64,000 nt of DNA from Thermodesulfobacteriota bacterium (GTDB lineage Bacteria > Desulfobacterota_D > UBA1144 > Nemesobacterales > JAJCZQ01). The notes beneath the pieces are model-generated. The model was not told where the DNA came from. It made no database searches and saw nothing but the letters and a program-made list of their open reading frames with translations. The translations under genes were made by a program, and so were the position numbers. Of the stretch, positions 1 to 9,957 are shown in pieces (positions within the stretch are counted from its first letter, which is position 1; every line of letters starts with the position of its first letter). Location: the NCBI GenBank assembly GCA_965215275.1, contig OZ244044.1, forward strand, positions 1,664,001 through 1,728,000. Reading direction: 5' to 3'.

Positions 1-1143
1 GACGTTGATGGGAACGAATACATTGATTATCTTGCATCCTGGGGACCGCTGATACTTGGACACGCGGATAAGGACGTATTAAAGGCCATAAAAACGTCCT
101 GTATGGCTGGTACCAGCTACGGAGCACCATGTGAACAGGAGATATCGCTGTCAAGTATAGTGGCTGACAGTGTTCCTTCAATTGAAAAGGTTCGTATGAC
201 AAGTTCAGGCACCGAGGCAACGATGAGTGCTGTAAGGCTGGCGAGGGCATACACAAAAAAAGATCATATAATCAAGTTTGAGGGATGCTACCATGGACAC
301 GCGGACCATCTTCTTGTCAAAGCGGGCTCAGGTGTGTCTACTTTCGGTTATCCCAACAGTCCGGGAGTTCCGATATCTTTTACCTCCAAAACCCTGGTCG
401 CCAGATATAACGACTTTGCTTCAGTGGAGAAGCTATACAGAAAATACGGCGAAAAGATAGCAGGTGTCATTATAGAACCGGTAGCAGGTAACATGGGCGT
501 CGTGCTGCCTGATCAGGGTTTTTTAAAAGACCTGAGGTCCATAACGAAAAAACACGACTCGCTTCTGATTTTCGATGAGGTCATTACCGGTTTCAGGCTT
601 GGACCCGGGGGAGCACAGTCCCTTTTTGACGTAATTCCCGATATTACCTGCCTTGGCAAGATCATAGGAGGAGGCCTGCCGGTCGGAGCCTATGGGGCCA
701 GCAGGGAAATAATGGGTCACATCTCTCCAGAGGGTCCCGTTTATCAGGCTGGTACACTTTCCGGTAATCCCATTGCGGTTGCCGCTGGAGTGGCTGGTCT
801 GAAAAAGATCATGAAAAAGGACTTTTTTACCAGGTTAGATCTCAAAACTGAAAAAATGGTAAAAGAGATCAGGACCTTCATAGACAGGCACGGTATCAGT
901 GCGTCTGTAAACCACATTGGCTCTATGTTCACGATCTTTTTCAGCTCCGACAGAGTGGTTGATCATGCAACTGCCTCAAAGTGTGATACGAAAACGTTCG
1001 CCAGATTTTTCACGATGCTTTTAAAGGGAGGCGTTATGTTCCCTCCTTCTCAGTTTGAAACTGCCTTTGTATCGTACTCTCATTCAAAAGAAGATATTGA
1101 AGAAACCCTGAAGGTGATTAAAAAAGCCTTAAAGGACCTGTAG
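1..1143 (+). CDS. hemL: Glutamate-1-semialdehyde 2,1-aminomutase (5'-truncated by window edge)
   Basis: Frame is open from base 1 (DVDGNEYIDYLASWGPLILG). Motifs SGTEATMSA, FEGCYHGH, FDEVITGFR, GKIIGGGLPVGA and YQAGTLSGNP. Confidence 0.96.
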   Translation, partial: DVDGNEYIDYLASWGPLILGHADKDVLKAIKTSCMAGTSYGAPCEQEISLSSIVADSVPSIEKVRMTSSGTEATMSAVRLARAYTKKDHIIKFEGCYHGHADHLLVKAGSGVSTFGYPNSPGVPISFTSKTLVARYNDFASVEKLYRKYGEKIAGVIIEPVAGNMGVVLPDQGFLKDLRSITKKHDSLLIFDEVITGFRLGPGGAQSLFDVIPDITCLGKIIGGGLPVGAYGASREIMGHISPEGPVYQAGTLSGNPIAVAAGVAGLKKIMKKDFFTRLDLKTEKMVKEIRTFIDRHGISASVNHIGSMFTIFFSSDRVVDHATASKCDTKTFARFFTMLLKGGVMFPPSQFETAFVSYSHSKEDIEETLKVIKKALKDL

Positions 1144-1148
1144 ACAGA

Positions 1149-1364
1149 ATGCCGAAAAGAGATAAGAGATGGGTTTACTTTGTTGTAGTCGGTACCAACT
1201 TTGGTTTCTCGGTCGCTGCGGGTTTATTGATCGGGAGCTATCTGGATGACAGGTCCGGTAATGAAACACCTTATTTTACGATCCTGGGACTTATTGCGGG
1301 TCTGGTTTCAGGGGTCGTATTCCTTGTGAGGCTGCTGAATCTTAAAAACAAAAATGACGGATAA
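1149..1364 (+). CDS. AtpZ/AtpI-family ATP synthase accessory membrane protein
   Basis: Two TM segments and a G..LD....T.P motif; first gene of the Fo cluster. Confidence 0.8.
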   Translation: MPKRDKRWVYFVVVGTNFGFSVAAGLLIGSYLDDRSGNETPYFTILGLIAGLVSGVVFLVRLLNLKNKNDG

Positions 1365-1734
1365 TAAAAGACCGAAGTTTGTAGTTTTTGGCGGGACGGA
1401 AAAAACTGCCATAGTGGTTATTCTGCTCCTTGTTCTTGGCAATCTGTTAATTGATCAAAGTCAGATAGCGGTTGGGGTAGGGGTAGGGGGATCGCTGTTT
1501 CTTCTTGACTTTATGGGTATAAAATTTATAGTAAATTCAGTATTAAGTAACAGGTATTCAACTGGTTTCAGCCTTTTTGTGTTCATAATTAAACTCACTG
1601 TTTTACTTGGGATATTATTCGCGTTACTGGTGTTTGCAAAATTAAATATTTATGGTTTTATTATAGCCCTTACAGCACTGGTACTTGTTATTATCGGAAG
1701 AGGCTTAAAGGGAAATCATAATGGAACATTCTAA
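1354..1734 (+). CDS. atpI: ATP synthase protein I-like membrane protein
   Basis: Four hydrophobic segments; lies directly upstream of atpB. Confidence 0.7.
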   Translation: MTDNKRPKFVVFGGTEKTAIVVILLLVLGNLLIDQSQIAVGVGVGGSLFLLDFMGIKFIVNSVLSNRYSTGFSLFVFIIKLTVLLGILFALLVFAKLNIYGFIIALTALVLVIIGRGLKGNHNGTF

Positions 1735-2431
1735 CTGGTTTATATTCTTGCTTGGAAAGCTTGGACTGGAGAATTATCACATACCGGACCACGTACTGGG
1801 TACCATTTTTGTTCTGGCACTGATCGCCGTTATCGGAGTAAGTTTAAAGAAGCGTCTTTCAAAAGAATCTGCCATAGTTCCGGATTCAAAGATATCACTA
1901 AATAATTTCCTTCAGGTCATATGTCTGGATTTTTTATTCAGCATTTTTGAAGATATTTTTCATTCAAGAGAGAAAGCGGAAAAATATTTTCCACTCCTTG
2001 GAGGGTCGTTCGTTTTTATTTTATTTTTAAATCTTCTCGGGATCGTTCCCGGTTTTACTCCTCCGACCGGTTCTCTGAGCACGACCCTTGCTTTTGGGGC
2101 GATCATTTTCGTTATGTACAACTATTATGGATTTAAGGAACACGGTATATCCTATTTAAAGCATTTTGCCGGTCCGGTCTTGTTTCTTGCTCCTTTGATG
2201 ATCATCATTGAGGTAATAAGTCATCTTGTAAGACCTGTGTCACTTTCCCTAAGGCTTTTTATGAACATCACGGGCGACCATATGGTACTGAGCGTATTTA
2301 CGAACCTGACCCATATTTTCTTACCGGCGATCTTTGTCGGGCTGGGTATATTCGTAGCCTTTTTGCAGGCGTTTATTTTCACTGTGCTTTCTGCCATTTA
2401 CATCGTTCTGGCAGAGTCACATGATCACTGA
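1721..2431 (+). CDS. atpB: F0F1 ATP synthase subunit a
   Basis: NLLGIVPG, RPVSLSLRLFMNI and LQAFIFTVLS motifs. Confidence 0.96.
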   Translation: MEHSNWFIFLLGKLGLENYHIPDHVLGTIFVLALIAVIGVSLKKRLSKESAIVPDSKISLNNFLQVICLDFLFSIFEDIFHSREKAEKYFPLLGGSFVFILFLNLLGIVPGFTPPTGSLSTTLAFGAIIFVMYNYYGFKEHGISYLKHFAGPVLFLAPLMIIIEVISHLVRPVSLSLRLFMNITGDHMVLSVFTNLTHIFLPAIFVGLGIFVAFLQAFIFTVLSAIYIVLAESHDH

Positions 2432-2481
2432 TTATAGAGATAAAATAACAACACTAACATATTTATAAGGAGGTTTTCTTA

Positions 2482-2814
2482 ATGAAAAAGTTATTTTCAT
2501 TATTCGTTTTGGTTGCGGCGGTGGTTGGAGTTTTTGTTCCAGAGGCTTTTGCGGAAGCAGGTGCGGAGGCGGGCAAGGTAGGTGATCTGGCAAAGCTGGG
2601 AATAGGACTTGGCGCAGGGCTGGGTATTGGGGTCGCAGCTGGTATTGCCGGTATGGGACAGGGACGTGCTACTGCAGCGGCACTTGATGGGATTGCAAGA
2701 AATCCTGGTGCTGCTTCTGCAATTCAGACCCCGATGATAATTGGTCTTGCACTTATTGAGTCCCTTGTAATATACGCTTTGCTGATCGCTTTCTTATTGC
2801 AGGGAAAGATATAA
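2482..2814 (+). CDS. atpE: F0F1 ATP synthase subunit c, with N-terminal extension
   Basis: GxGxGxG hairpin, IARNP loop, and LIESL carrying the ion-binding Glu. Confidence 0.96.
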   Translation: MKKLFSLFVLVAAVVGVFVPEAFAEAGAEAGKVGDLAKLGIGLGAGLGIGVAAGIAGMGQGRATAAALDGIARNPGAASAIQTPMIIGLALIESLVIYALLIAFLLQGKI

Positions 2815-2845
2815 AAGGTACATAGATCTTGATTTAGATATTTAG

Positions 2846-2880
2846 AGACATGGAGAGCGTTAAAGCTCTCCATGTCTGTT
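2846..2880 (+). terminator. Hairpin terminator after atpE
   Basis: 13-bp perfect stem AGACATGGAGAGC/GCTCTCCATGTCT with a 6-nt loop, between convergent genes. Confidence 0.7.
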
Positions 2881-3010
2881 ATGAGGGTCTGCAAGAGGTC
2901 TAATGTTTTATCGTTAACGGTATTTTTCCTTTGCGGACGTGACGGCGGAAGTAAAAAACCCTGTATGGTCCATTATACAGAAAAATTACCTGCTCCTGGT
3001 TCAGATATCT

Positions 3011-4369
3011 TTAAGGGCTGAAGTTATTTTTAACAAAGTTTAACGCTTCTTCCTTATCTTTTAACTTGCCTTCGAGTTGCTGCTCTTCTATTTTATTTAA
3101 AATCCTTGAGAACAGAGGTCCGGGTTTTAATCCACATCCGATCAGGTCGTTGCCATTTATAAGTGGAACGGGTTTTATGTCCTCTTCCTGAAAATTTTCC
3201 AGTTTGTGCTTTATAAAATCATAAGCGTCCCTGAGCCCATGGCTTCCCAGACAGTCTGCAAGGTGCATCGTTAAATGGTCGTTAAAATTCGGGATGGAAA
3301 TGAACCTTTTTAAAGTACTTTCTCTCATTTTCATGACGTCTTTGAACTTTAAATGTTCATTGATCAGCGAGGTGATATGATCGGTCTGTTTTCTGGAGAA
3401 CCTCAGCCGTTTACATATCTTCCTTGCCATTGCCGCACCAACTCTGTCATGTCCGTTAAAGCGTATCCTGTCAGTGACTTCAAAGGTCGGCGGTTTTCCC
3501 ACGTCATGGAGCAGTGCACCCATTGCTGTCTCAGGTGAGTATTTCCCTTCTGTAATTTCGTACAGCTTATCCAGAACGATGCAGGTGTGCGTGAATACAT
3601 CGCCTTCGGGGTGAAATTGTGGCGGCTGCTCAACCCCTGTCATATCGGAGACTTCAGGTAATATATGTTTCAGAAGTCCTGCTTCATCAAGCAGTTTAAG
3701 TCCATATCCTGGATTTTTCTGCGTTATTATCTTTAAAAGTTCATCCCTTATTCGCTCTTTGCTTACCTTGTTTATATCACCGCTTAATTTTTTAATGGCG
3801 TTAAAGGTCTTTTCCTCTATTTTAAACGACAGTCTTGCTGCAAATCTGGTGGCTCTTATCATCCTGAGCTTATCCTCTCCAAACCTTAGTTCAGGATCGC
3901 CGATCGTTCTGATTATTTTTTCCCTCAGGTCTTTTTCTCCCTCAACGTGGTCGTGAAGCTTTTTTTTCATCGGATCATAGAGCATTCCATTGATCGTGAA
4001 ATCCCTTCTTAGAACGTCCTCTACCTCACTTTTGCTGTACTTTACCTCTGAAGGATGTCTGCCGTCCTTATATTTGTTTTCTTTTCGGAAAGTTGCCACC
4101 TCGAACTCTCCATCGGTACCCTGCACCAGTATTACCCCGAATTGCCTGCCGATCGGTACGTTCCTGGGAAATATTTTCTGTATGTCTTCCGGAGGTGCAC
4201 TGGTAGCAATATCATACTCCTGCAGCTCTTTCTGACCCATCAGTGCATCTCTTAAGCATCCACCGACCAGAAAGGCCTTATGTCCATGGCCGCAAAGCGT
4301 CTCCACGATGGATCTTGCTTCATTGTAGCGTCTGCCGTTAAACTCTTCGATAACCTTACTTGTAATCAT
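3011..4369 (-). CDS. cca: CCA tRNA nucleotidyltransferase / poly(A) polymerase family protein with HD domain
   Basis: VGGCLRD..DIAT, EVATFR, RRDFTING, EDKLRMIRA and FHPEGDVFTHT...LLHDVGK motifs. Confidence 0.88.
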   Translation of the reverse strand: MITSKVIEEFNGRRYNEARSIVETLCGHGHKAFLVGGCLRDALMGQKELQEYDIATSAPPEDIQKIFPRNVPIGRQFGVILVQGTDGEFEVATFRKENKYKDGRHPSEVKYSKSEVEDVLRRDFTINGMLYDPMKKKLHDHVEGEKDLREKIIRTIGDPELRFGEDKLRMIRATRFAARLSFKIEEKTFNAIKKLSGDINKVSKERIRDELLKIITQKNPGYGLKLLDEAGLLKHILPEVSDMTGVEQPPQFHPEGDVFTHTCIVLDKLYEITEGKYSPETAMGALLHDVGKPPTFEVTDRIRFNGHDRVGAAMARKICKRLRFSRKQTDHITSLINEHLKFKDVMKMRESTLKRFISIPNFNDHLTMHLADCLGSHGLRDAYDFIKHKLENFQEEDIKPVPLINGNDLIGCGLKPGPLFSRILNKIEEQQLEGKLKDKEEALNFVKNNFSP

Positions 4370-4577
4370 CTGTTTGGATCTTTTTATCCTTGTATTTACA
4401 ACCCTTTTATTATACTATTACATTTGTTGCTTGACTATTTTACAGATTTTTTCAGGTATAGATAACTGCCGGTAACGAGAGTAACAGGATGCTCTTCTGA
4501 GCGTCTTTTTTAATGTCCTTGGTAATAAATATGACGATAAAAGATGGATTTATCTTAAAGTCTGAGAGATAGTCACA

Positions 4578-5606
4578 GTGACCTTAAATGGCGACTTCGG
4601 AGATCGTGTGAACGAATCAAAATTCTATAATTTTTTTCAGGGCAGAATCAAAAAAAACAGATCAAGGCTTCTTTTTCAAAAGCGCGACGGGTGGAGCTGG
4701 AAACAGATAACCTGGCTGGATTTTAATACTGACGTCAACAGCATAGCTGCGTTTTTATTAGATAGTGGTTTTCAAAAAGAGGACAAGGTGCTGATAGTTT
4801 CCTCTAATACACTTGAGAGATTGTTCGTTGAATCAGCGATACTTCTGCTGGGAGGCTGTACGGTTTCCATACCCTGCAACGTTCAGGTTGAGGAAGCTGC
4901 GAAAGTGCTGAACGGGGAAAGGATCAGGTTTGCCTTTGCAGGCAGTGCCGATATTTTAAGCGCTCTGAAACCGGCTTTACGATCAAGCCAGTTCATTGAA
5001 AAGATATTCCTGCTTTCCGATCACAGATTGGACATTAAGGATAATATTGTCAATTACGGTTCTGTTGTGAAGTTCGGATCTATGAAATTAAAGAAACTGA
5101 AAGACGACCTGACGAAGTTATCTGTATCCGTAAGTCCGGATACCCCGGCGATCAGCTTTTATGTCTTTGAAGATGGAAAGATGGAGAGTAAGGTCCTTAC
5201 CCAGGAGTTCGTTCTGAAGCTGCTTCGGCTGTCTTATAAAAAGCTGAGGTTTATAACCCCGGAAGATCAGTCTTTTTCTTATCTGAGTTCATCGGGGTTG
5301 TTCTCGGAACTTGCCAACTTTTTACCGTTCTTTATGGAAAACAGGGTAGCAATAGCCGGGAGCAAAGAGGACTTTTATACGGACGTACTGGAAATTATGC
5401 CGACGGTGCTGTTCTTGTCAGATGAATATTCAAAGCAGACGTTAAGCAGTTTTAATGAGAACAACGGTTCAGGGTCGTTGAGAAAATTTTTTGGCGGAAG
5501 ACTTAAATACGTTTTTACCAACAGAGAACCGGAATATTCGGTAAAGAACAGGTTCATTAAGGAAGGCATATCGGTTATTGCCCTGCCTGAACTCGCGTCA
5601 CTGTAA
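4578..5606 (+). CDS. AMP-binding (long-chain acyl-CoA synthetase-like) protein, short and with degenerate motifs
   Basis: N-terminus matches FACL (W..ITW, G...GDKV, FSYL, PTVL, FFGGRLKY). No YTSGTTG loop and no C-terminal subdomain. Confidence 0.6.
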   Translation: MTLNGDFGDRVNESKFYNFFQGRIKKNRSRLLFQKRDGWSWKQITWLDFNTDVNSIAAFLLDSGFQKEDKVLIVSSNTLERLFVESAILLLGGCTVSIPCNVQVEEAAKVLNGERIRFAFAGSADILSALKPALRSSQFIEKIFLLSDHRLDIKDNIVNYGSVVKFGSMKLKKLKDDLTKLSVSVSPDTPAISFYVFEDGKMESKVLTQEFVLKLLRLSYKKLRFITPEDQSFSYLSSSGLFSELANFLPFFMENRVAIAGSKEDFYTDVLEIMPTVLFLSDEYSKQTLSSFNENNGSGSLRKFFGGRLKYVFTNREPEYSVKNRFIKEGISVIALPELASL

Positions 5607-5747
5607 GGAAAAAGGGAATTTAAGCCAGAATTACCCTTTGCTGCCGCCGAGTACCTTGATATGGTTTCACGGACGATCGGTTAATGACAATAACGGCAGT
5701 GGCATAACTAATACGAACTTAATGTTCTTATAAGCGGTCCCGGCCGT

Positions 5748-6926
5748 TCAGCTTGTAACCTTGTCAACGGTGCAGTCGGCTTTACCGATGTGAAACTGTA
5801 TAGAGAGCTTATCTCCCGTTTTTATATCTTTTGAACTTTTTATAACATGTTCTTTCTTTCTATCCTGCACGATGCTGTAGCCTCTGCCAAGCACGTTCAG
5901 TGGACTTATACTGTTCAGCTTGGTAACCAGGACATTTAGCTGTGACCGACTTGTATCCCGTTTATTTTTAATGCTCCATATAAGTTCGCTTTTGACATGG
6001 TCCAGGTCTTTGGTCAGTATCCCTATGCGATTGCTCAGGGAAGAGTTGATCCTTCTGCTGAAGTTCTTTAACTCGTCTAAAAGCTCGTTCCTGTCTTTTA
6101 CGGCGAGTTCCGCCGCTGCAGATGGTGTTGCCGCTCTTAAGTCGGCGACCAGGTCTGCAATCGTCACATCCGTTTCGTGTCCTACCGCCGATATGGTAGG
6201 GAACGGAGATATACTTATTTCCCTTGCAACCAGTTCTTCATTAAATACCCACAGGTCTTCTGACGACCCACCGCCTCGGGCGACTATGATAAGGTCAAGG
6301 TCGTTTATTCTGTACAATAATCTCAGCGCCTTTGATATTTCCGAAGGTGCGTTCTTTCCCTGTACCCTTGCTGGAGAAACGATTATCTGCGTGTTAGAAG
6401 ATCTTCTTTGTGTTACTTTTATTATATCTCTTATCACTGCTCCGGTTGGAGAAGTGATCACTCCGATCTTTCTGCTTAAGAACGGTAGCTGTCGTTTACG
6501 ACCCGGATCAAAAAGTCCTTCTGATTTTAATTTTTCCTTTAGCTGTTCAAGGGCAAGCCTCTGAGCTCCGATACCTTTTGGTTCGATATAAGTGACGTTT
6601 ATCTGACAGGTGCCGCTCTTTTCGTAAATGCTGATCTGTCCGCAGCATATTACTTCCTGTCCATCTTTTGGTTTGAATTTGATATGCTGGTTATTTCCTC
6701 TGAAACATACTGCAGATATCAGGCTTTTCTCGTCTTTTAATGAAAAGTACCAATGTCCGCTTGAGTAATTTCCTTTGAAGTTAGATATTTCCCCTTCGAT
6801 CCACAGATATTCCTTTTTGAACTCTTTATCAAGGATCTTTTTGATCCTGGAGTTTAGCTCGGATACCTTCAGGATATTTTCACTGATCAGGTTTTTAAAT
6901 GAAGGATACTCTGTGGTGTCTGTCAT
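5748..6926 (-). CDS. xseA: Exodeoxyribonuclease VII large subunit
   Basis: GEISNF, SGHWYFSLKD, ITSPTGAVIRD, ARGGGS.EDL and SAVGHETD motifs. Confidence 0.96.
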   Translation of the reverse strand: MTDTTEYPSFKNLISENILKVSELNSRIKKILDKEFKKEYLWIEGEISNFKGNYSSGHWYFSLKDEKSLISAVCFRGNNQHIKFKPKDGQEVICCGQISIYEKSGTCQINVTYIEPKGIGAQRLALEQLKEKLKSEGLFDPGRKRQLPFLSRKIGVITSPTGAVIRDIIKVTQRRSSNTQIIVSPARVQGKNAPSEISKALRLLYRINDLDLIIVARGGGSSEDLWVFNEELVAREISISPFPTISAVGHETDVTIADLVADLRAATPSAAAELAVKDRNELLDELKNFSRRINSSLSNRIGILTKDLDHVKSELIWSIKNKRDTSRSQLNVLVTKLNSISPLNVLGRGYSIVQDRKKEHVIKSSKDIKTGDKLSIQFHIGKADCTVDKVTS

Positions 6927-7417
6927 ATCAGATCAGGAAAGGACCTTCTTATTTCGTCCAGGTAAGTTGGGTCCATCTTGGTATTCTTGAGGGTTTTAAC
7001 GTTCGAGAGCTGCTTCAGGGTGAGTTTTCTGACCCCGGATAGGTCTGCTCCATACAGATCGGCTCCATCCAGGTTGGTAAGTTTCATATTGCACCCTCTT
7101 AGATTTGCATTTCTGATGTTGGAATTTATCAAATGTGCGCCTTCCATGTTCGCACCTTCCATGTTCGCACCTTCCATGTTAGCGCCTTCCATGTTAGCAC
7201 CGTAAAGATTTGCATTTATGAATATGGAACTTTTAAGGTTGGAGCTTTTCAGATAGGCCAGCTTGAGATTAACCTCCTGGAAATTTACCGACATCAGGTC
7301 AAGACCTATAAGGTTTGCCCAGCTCAGATCGGGAGATCCACCCGTGTTGTCATCTCTCCACCTGTTCCATAAGACCACGCCTTGATTGATCAGTTTTAAG
7401 TGATTTGAGTTTGCCAT
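6923..7417 (-). CDS. Pentapeptide repeat protein
   Basis: MAN..HL...GV..WN.WR start followed by A(N/D)Lxx repeats, including four near-identical 15-nt units (NMEGA). Confidence 0.9.
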   Translation of the reverse strand: MANSNHLKLINQGVVLWNRWRDDNTGGSPDLSWANLIGLDLMSVNFQEVNLKLAYLKSSNLKSSIFINANLYGANMEGANMEGANMEGANMEGAHLINSNIRNANLRGCNMKLTNLDGADLYGADLSGVRKLTLKQLSNVKTLKNTKMDPTYLDEIRRSFPDLI

Positions 7418-7426
7418 CGTAGCCGT

Positions 7427-7606
7427 TCAGAAGATCTTTAGAGCCGTGAGAAGTATATAGATCGCAAAGAGTATGAAAGCCACTCTTCTGAAAAAACCCA
7501 TTATTCTGCTCTTTCCGGCCTTTGTCAGTTTTTCACCGCAGTTGAAGCACGTACTGGTCTTCATGGAAATTTCAAAACCACATTCTTCACACTTTATAAC
7601 GTTCAT
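7427..7606 (-). CDS. Small zinc-ribbon membrane protein (59 aa, not in the ORF track)
   Basis: Hand translation gives MNVIKCEECGFEISMKTSTCFNCGEKLTKAGKSRIMGFFRRVAFILFAIYILLTALKIF: two CxxC motifs plus a C-terminal TM helix. It fills the gap in a minus-strand operon and has GAGG upstream. Confidence 0.8.
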   Translation of the reverse strand: MNVIKCEECGFEISMKTSTCFNCGEKLTKAGKSRIMGFFRRVAFILFAIYILLTALKIF

Positions 7607-7615
7607 TTCTGCCTC

Positions 7616-9076
7616 TTAACTGTTCAGCCTTGACGAGGTGGCTTCTACGATAACGGGATGATATTTTCGTATTTCTTCCATAAGGTCCTGCATAACGGTC
7701 TTTATGTCCCACTGGGCTGCTTCTGACGTTCTTAGGTTTACAAGATGGAAAAGTTCCCACAGATCAAACTTACCGGTCACCCGTCTGTTATGGGCATTTG
7801 TTACCACGTAATGAGCGGCCGTGTCGAGTCCCTCGTTCATCAGTTTTTCAAACATATCTTCACTCCGTTCTGTTGCTTTAAGTAACAGCTCCTCGACCCC
7901 TGCTTCTTTGATCCTGGGGGGAACAGTTATGCCGTTATAAACGGAAGGTTCACCAAATATCCAGTTTACCTTTCTGTGTCTGAGAAGCTGATGCCAGCAA
8001 GCCTCACTTATTACAAGCTCTGCTTCGTAGTCTATGAGTTTAAACGCTTTTACCGGATTGTCATGTTTACCGAGATGTTTGACGGTTTCTTTAAATAACG
8101 ACGTTAGCTGCTCGGACGTAAGTGATTCTACAAGTCCTGATACTTTACTGTACTTACTGTCGTGACGTTCGAATATTACTGCTTTAATTATCTTTTTTAA
8201 TGCAATGTCCTGCGGGTTGTCCGAATTATCTCCCGTCCAGCTTATCAGGTTCACCCTTGCTGAGGGTCTGTTGTAAACTGATGTATCGCACATTTTGTCT
8301 GACAGCCTTTCAAATATACCGCGGGTTTTTGTTATATACCCCTTTTCGCTTGCGTATTTTATTAAAGTTGGTACAGAAAAACCTACCTCTTGCTTGATCT
8401 CGTTCGCCCTTGAACGAACTTCTGGGTATTTACTTGACAGAAGCACCGCAAGGGCATCTTCAACGGCTCTTGCGTTGGCTGTTATACCCAGGTTGGTATA
8501 AGTGGACAGATTAAGTGCGTACCTGGCGTCTTCAAATGCTATTTTCTCCAGTACTTTGTCGTCTGACGACGGGTCTTTTTTTTTCAGATAGCTTATCAAA
8601 GCATTGTATAAGTCGATATATAGGTCATACGTGTTCAGCGACAGCTTCTGAAACTCTTTGTTTAAGGATCTTTTACTGCTTACCTCCACTGGGGTGTAAA
8701 AACCACCCCTGACCGGTTTCTGGTACCTCTGCGAATACTCTGTAAAGGAAAGATATTCATTGGAAAGTTCAAGAAGGGAAGAGAACAGCCTTGATACTTT
8801 CTCTACACCTACGTGGACGCAGGCATGTTCGGCAACGGAAGAATGTCCATAGTTCAGGACCCATTTTTCGTGAAATTTACTGGCCCTTTCCTGCCCCATC
8901 TGTTCCTCTTTAATTACAGTGCTGATATTTTCCCTGAAGCTCTTCATACTTCTGCTTACGTAGGCGAAAATAACCGCAACGACTTCCTCGGGAATGTTGT
9001 TTACCGTGTAGATATCTTTGTCAAGGTTGGAAACGTACTGCTTTATTTTATCGTTTTCTTCTTTATTGTTGCTCAT
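7616..9076 (-). CDS. thyX: FAD-dependent thymidylate synthase, tandem two-domain form
   Basis: YGHSSVAEH, TEYSQRY, EDARY, QLLRHR and NLRTS.AAQWDI motifs; 486 aa. Confidence 0.85.
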   Translation of the reverse strand: MSNNKEENDKIKQYVSNLDKDIYTVNNIPEEVVAVIFAYVSRSMKSFRENISTVIKEEQMGQERASKFHEKWVLNYGHSSVAEHACVHVGVEKVSRLFSSLLELSNEYLSFTEYSQRYQKPVRGGFYTPVEVSSKRSLNKEFQKLSLNTYDLYIDLYNALISYLKKKDPSSDDKVLEKIAFEDARYALNLSTYTNLGITANARAVEDALAVLLSSKYPEVRSRANEIKQEVGFSVPTLIKYASEKGYITKTRGIFERLSDKMCDTSVYNRPSARVNLISWTGDNSDNPQDIALKKIIKAVIFERHDSKYSKVSGLVESLTSEQLTSLFKETVKHLGKHDNPVKAFKLIDYEAELVISEACWHQLLRHRKVNWIFGEPSVYNGITVPPRIKEAGVEELLLKATERSEDMFEKLMNEGLDTAAHYVVTNAHNRRVTGKFDLWELFHLVNLRTSEAAQWDIKTVMQDLMEEIRKYHPVIVEATSSRLNS

Positions 9077-9102
9077 TGTGACCGGTCTCTGCAGTAAGTT
9101 GT

Positions 9103-9861
9103 TTATGAGATTGGGATATGTTTTTTTACCTCTTCGGCTATGTAGGGTACGACCTGATCTGGCTTTCCATACAGGACCGCACTTACGTAATCATCAGCGG
9201 CGGTTTCCGTCTCGCTTATTATTACGACCTTATCTCCCTTGTTCATTATCTGAAACGGAAAAGATGCCACTGGTTCGTTTTCCAGATCGGCCCCGACTAT
9301 AATAAAAAGGTCACAGTTTTGGAGCTTGATCCATGACTCTCTTATATCCCAGTGTGGAAGGGGTTGTCCCGGAAACGATATGGGAGGCTTGATAAGGTCA
9401 CTGTTACAGACCGTGCAGGTAGGGACCTGCTTGCCTTTTTCAAGCTGACCCAGGGCTTCCGTCATTGGCTGGTCCTTGCCACAGTCCGGACAGGTTGCCC
9501 AGTGAACGTTAGCGTAGATCTCAATTACGTTGTTGTTGCCGGCTTTTTGATGAAGTCCGTCTCCGTTCTGAGTTATTATACAACTTACATTTGAAAACAT
9601 GCTAAGTTCATATATAGCCTCGTGGGCGGGTGTGGGTGTAGCAGAGGAGATCTGTGGATAATGTTCCTTTAGTTTATTCCAGTATTCCTGTCTGGTTTGA
9701 ACGTCGTTTTTAAATTTTCGTATATCAGGGTTGAAGCTTATATTTGTGACGTTCTGTATGCCGGAATCAAATAAGAGCTCCGGTCCAGTAAGAAATACTA
9801 TGTTTGCCGATAGACCGATCCAGTTTATAACGGCGGAGAGGGCGGTGTCTTCTTGTTTCAT
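9103..9861 (-). CDS. Sir2-family (sirtuin) fold protein with degenerate active site
   Basis: ITQNGDGLHQKAG, two CxxC Zn motifs, KPPISFPGQPLP and CDLFIIVG. The GAGxS and HG motifs are altered. Confidence 0.8.
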   Translation of the reverse strand: MKQEDTALSAVINWIGLSANIVFLTGPELLFDSGIQNVTNISFNPDIRKFKNDVQTRQEYWNKLKEHYPQISSATPTPAHEAIYELSMFSNVSCIITQNGDGLHQKAGNNNVIEIYANVHWATCPDCGKDQPMTEALGQLEKGKQVPTCTVCNSDLIKPPISFPGQPLPHWDIRESWIKLQNCDLFIIVGADLENEPVASFPFQIMNKGDKVVIISETETAADDYVSAVLYGKPDQVVPYIAEEVKKHIPIS

Positions 9862-9957
9862 TTGGATTTGATTATACTATCTGAACGCTTATTTATCAAT
9901 AAAGATGAAAGCTCGCTCTGCCAAAATGAAAGTCCTTAAGAGAGATAGGTAATATTA

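Noticed and set aside
2482..2814. Na+-specific ATP synthase c-ring
   Set aside because: Q, ES and Y are present, but the Pro and Thr of the full Na+ signature are not, so ion specificity cannot be called.
5920..6564. Long antisense ORFs (here, 27622-28182, 47807-48409 and others)
   Set aside because: They lie opposite well-supported genes and show no motifs.
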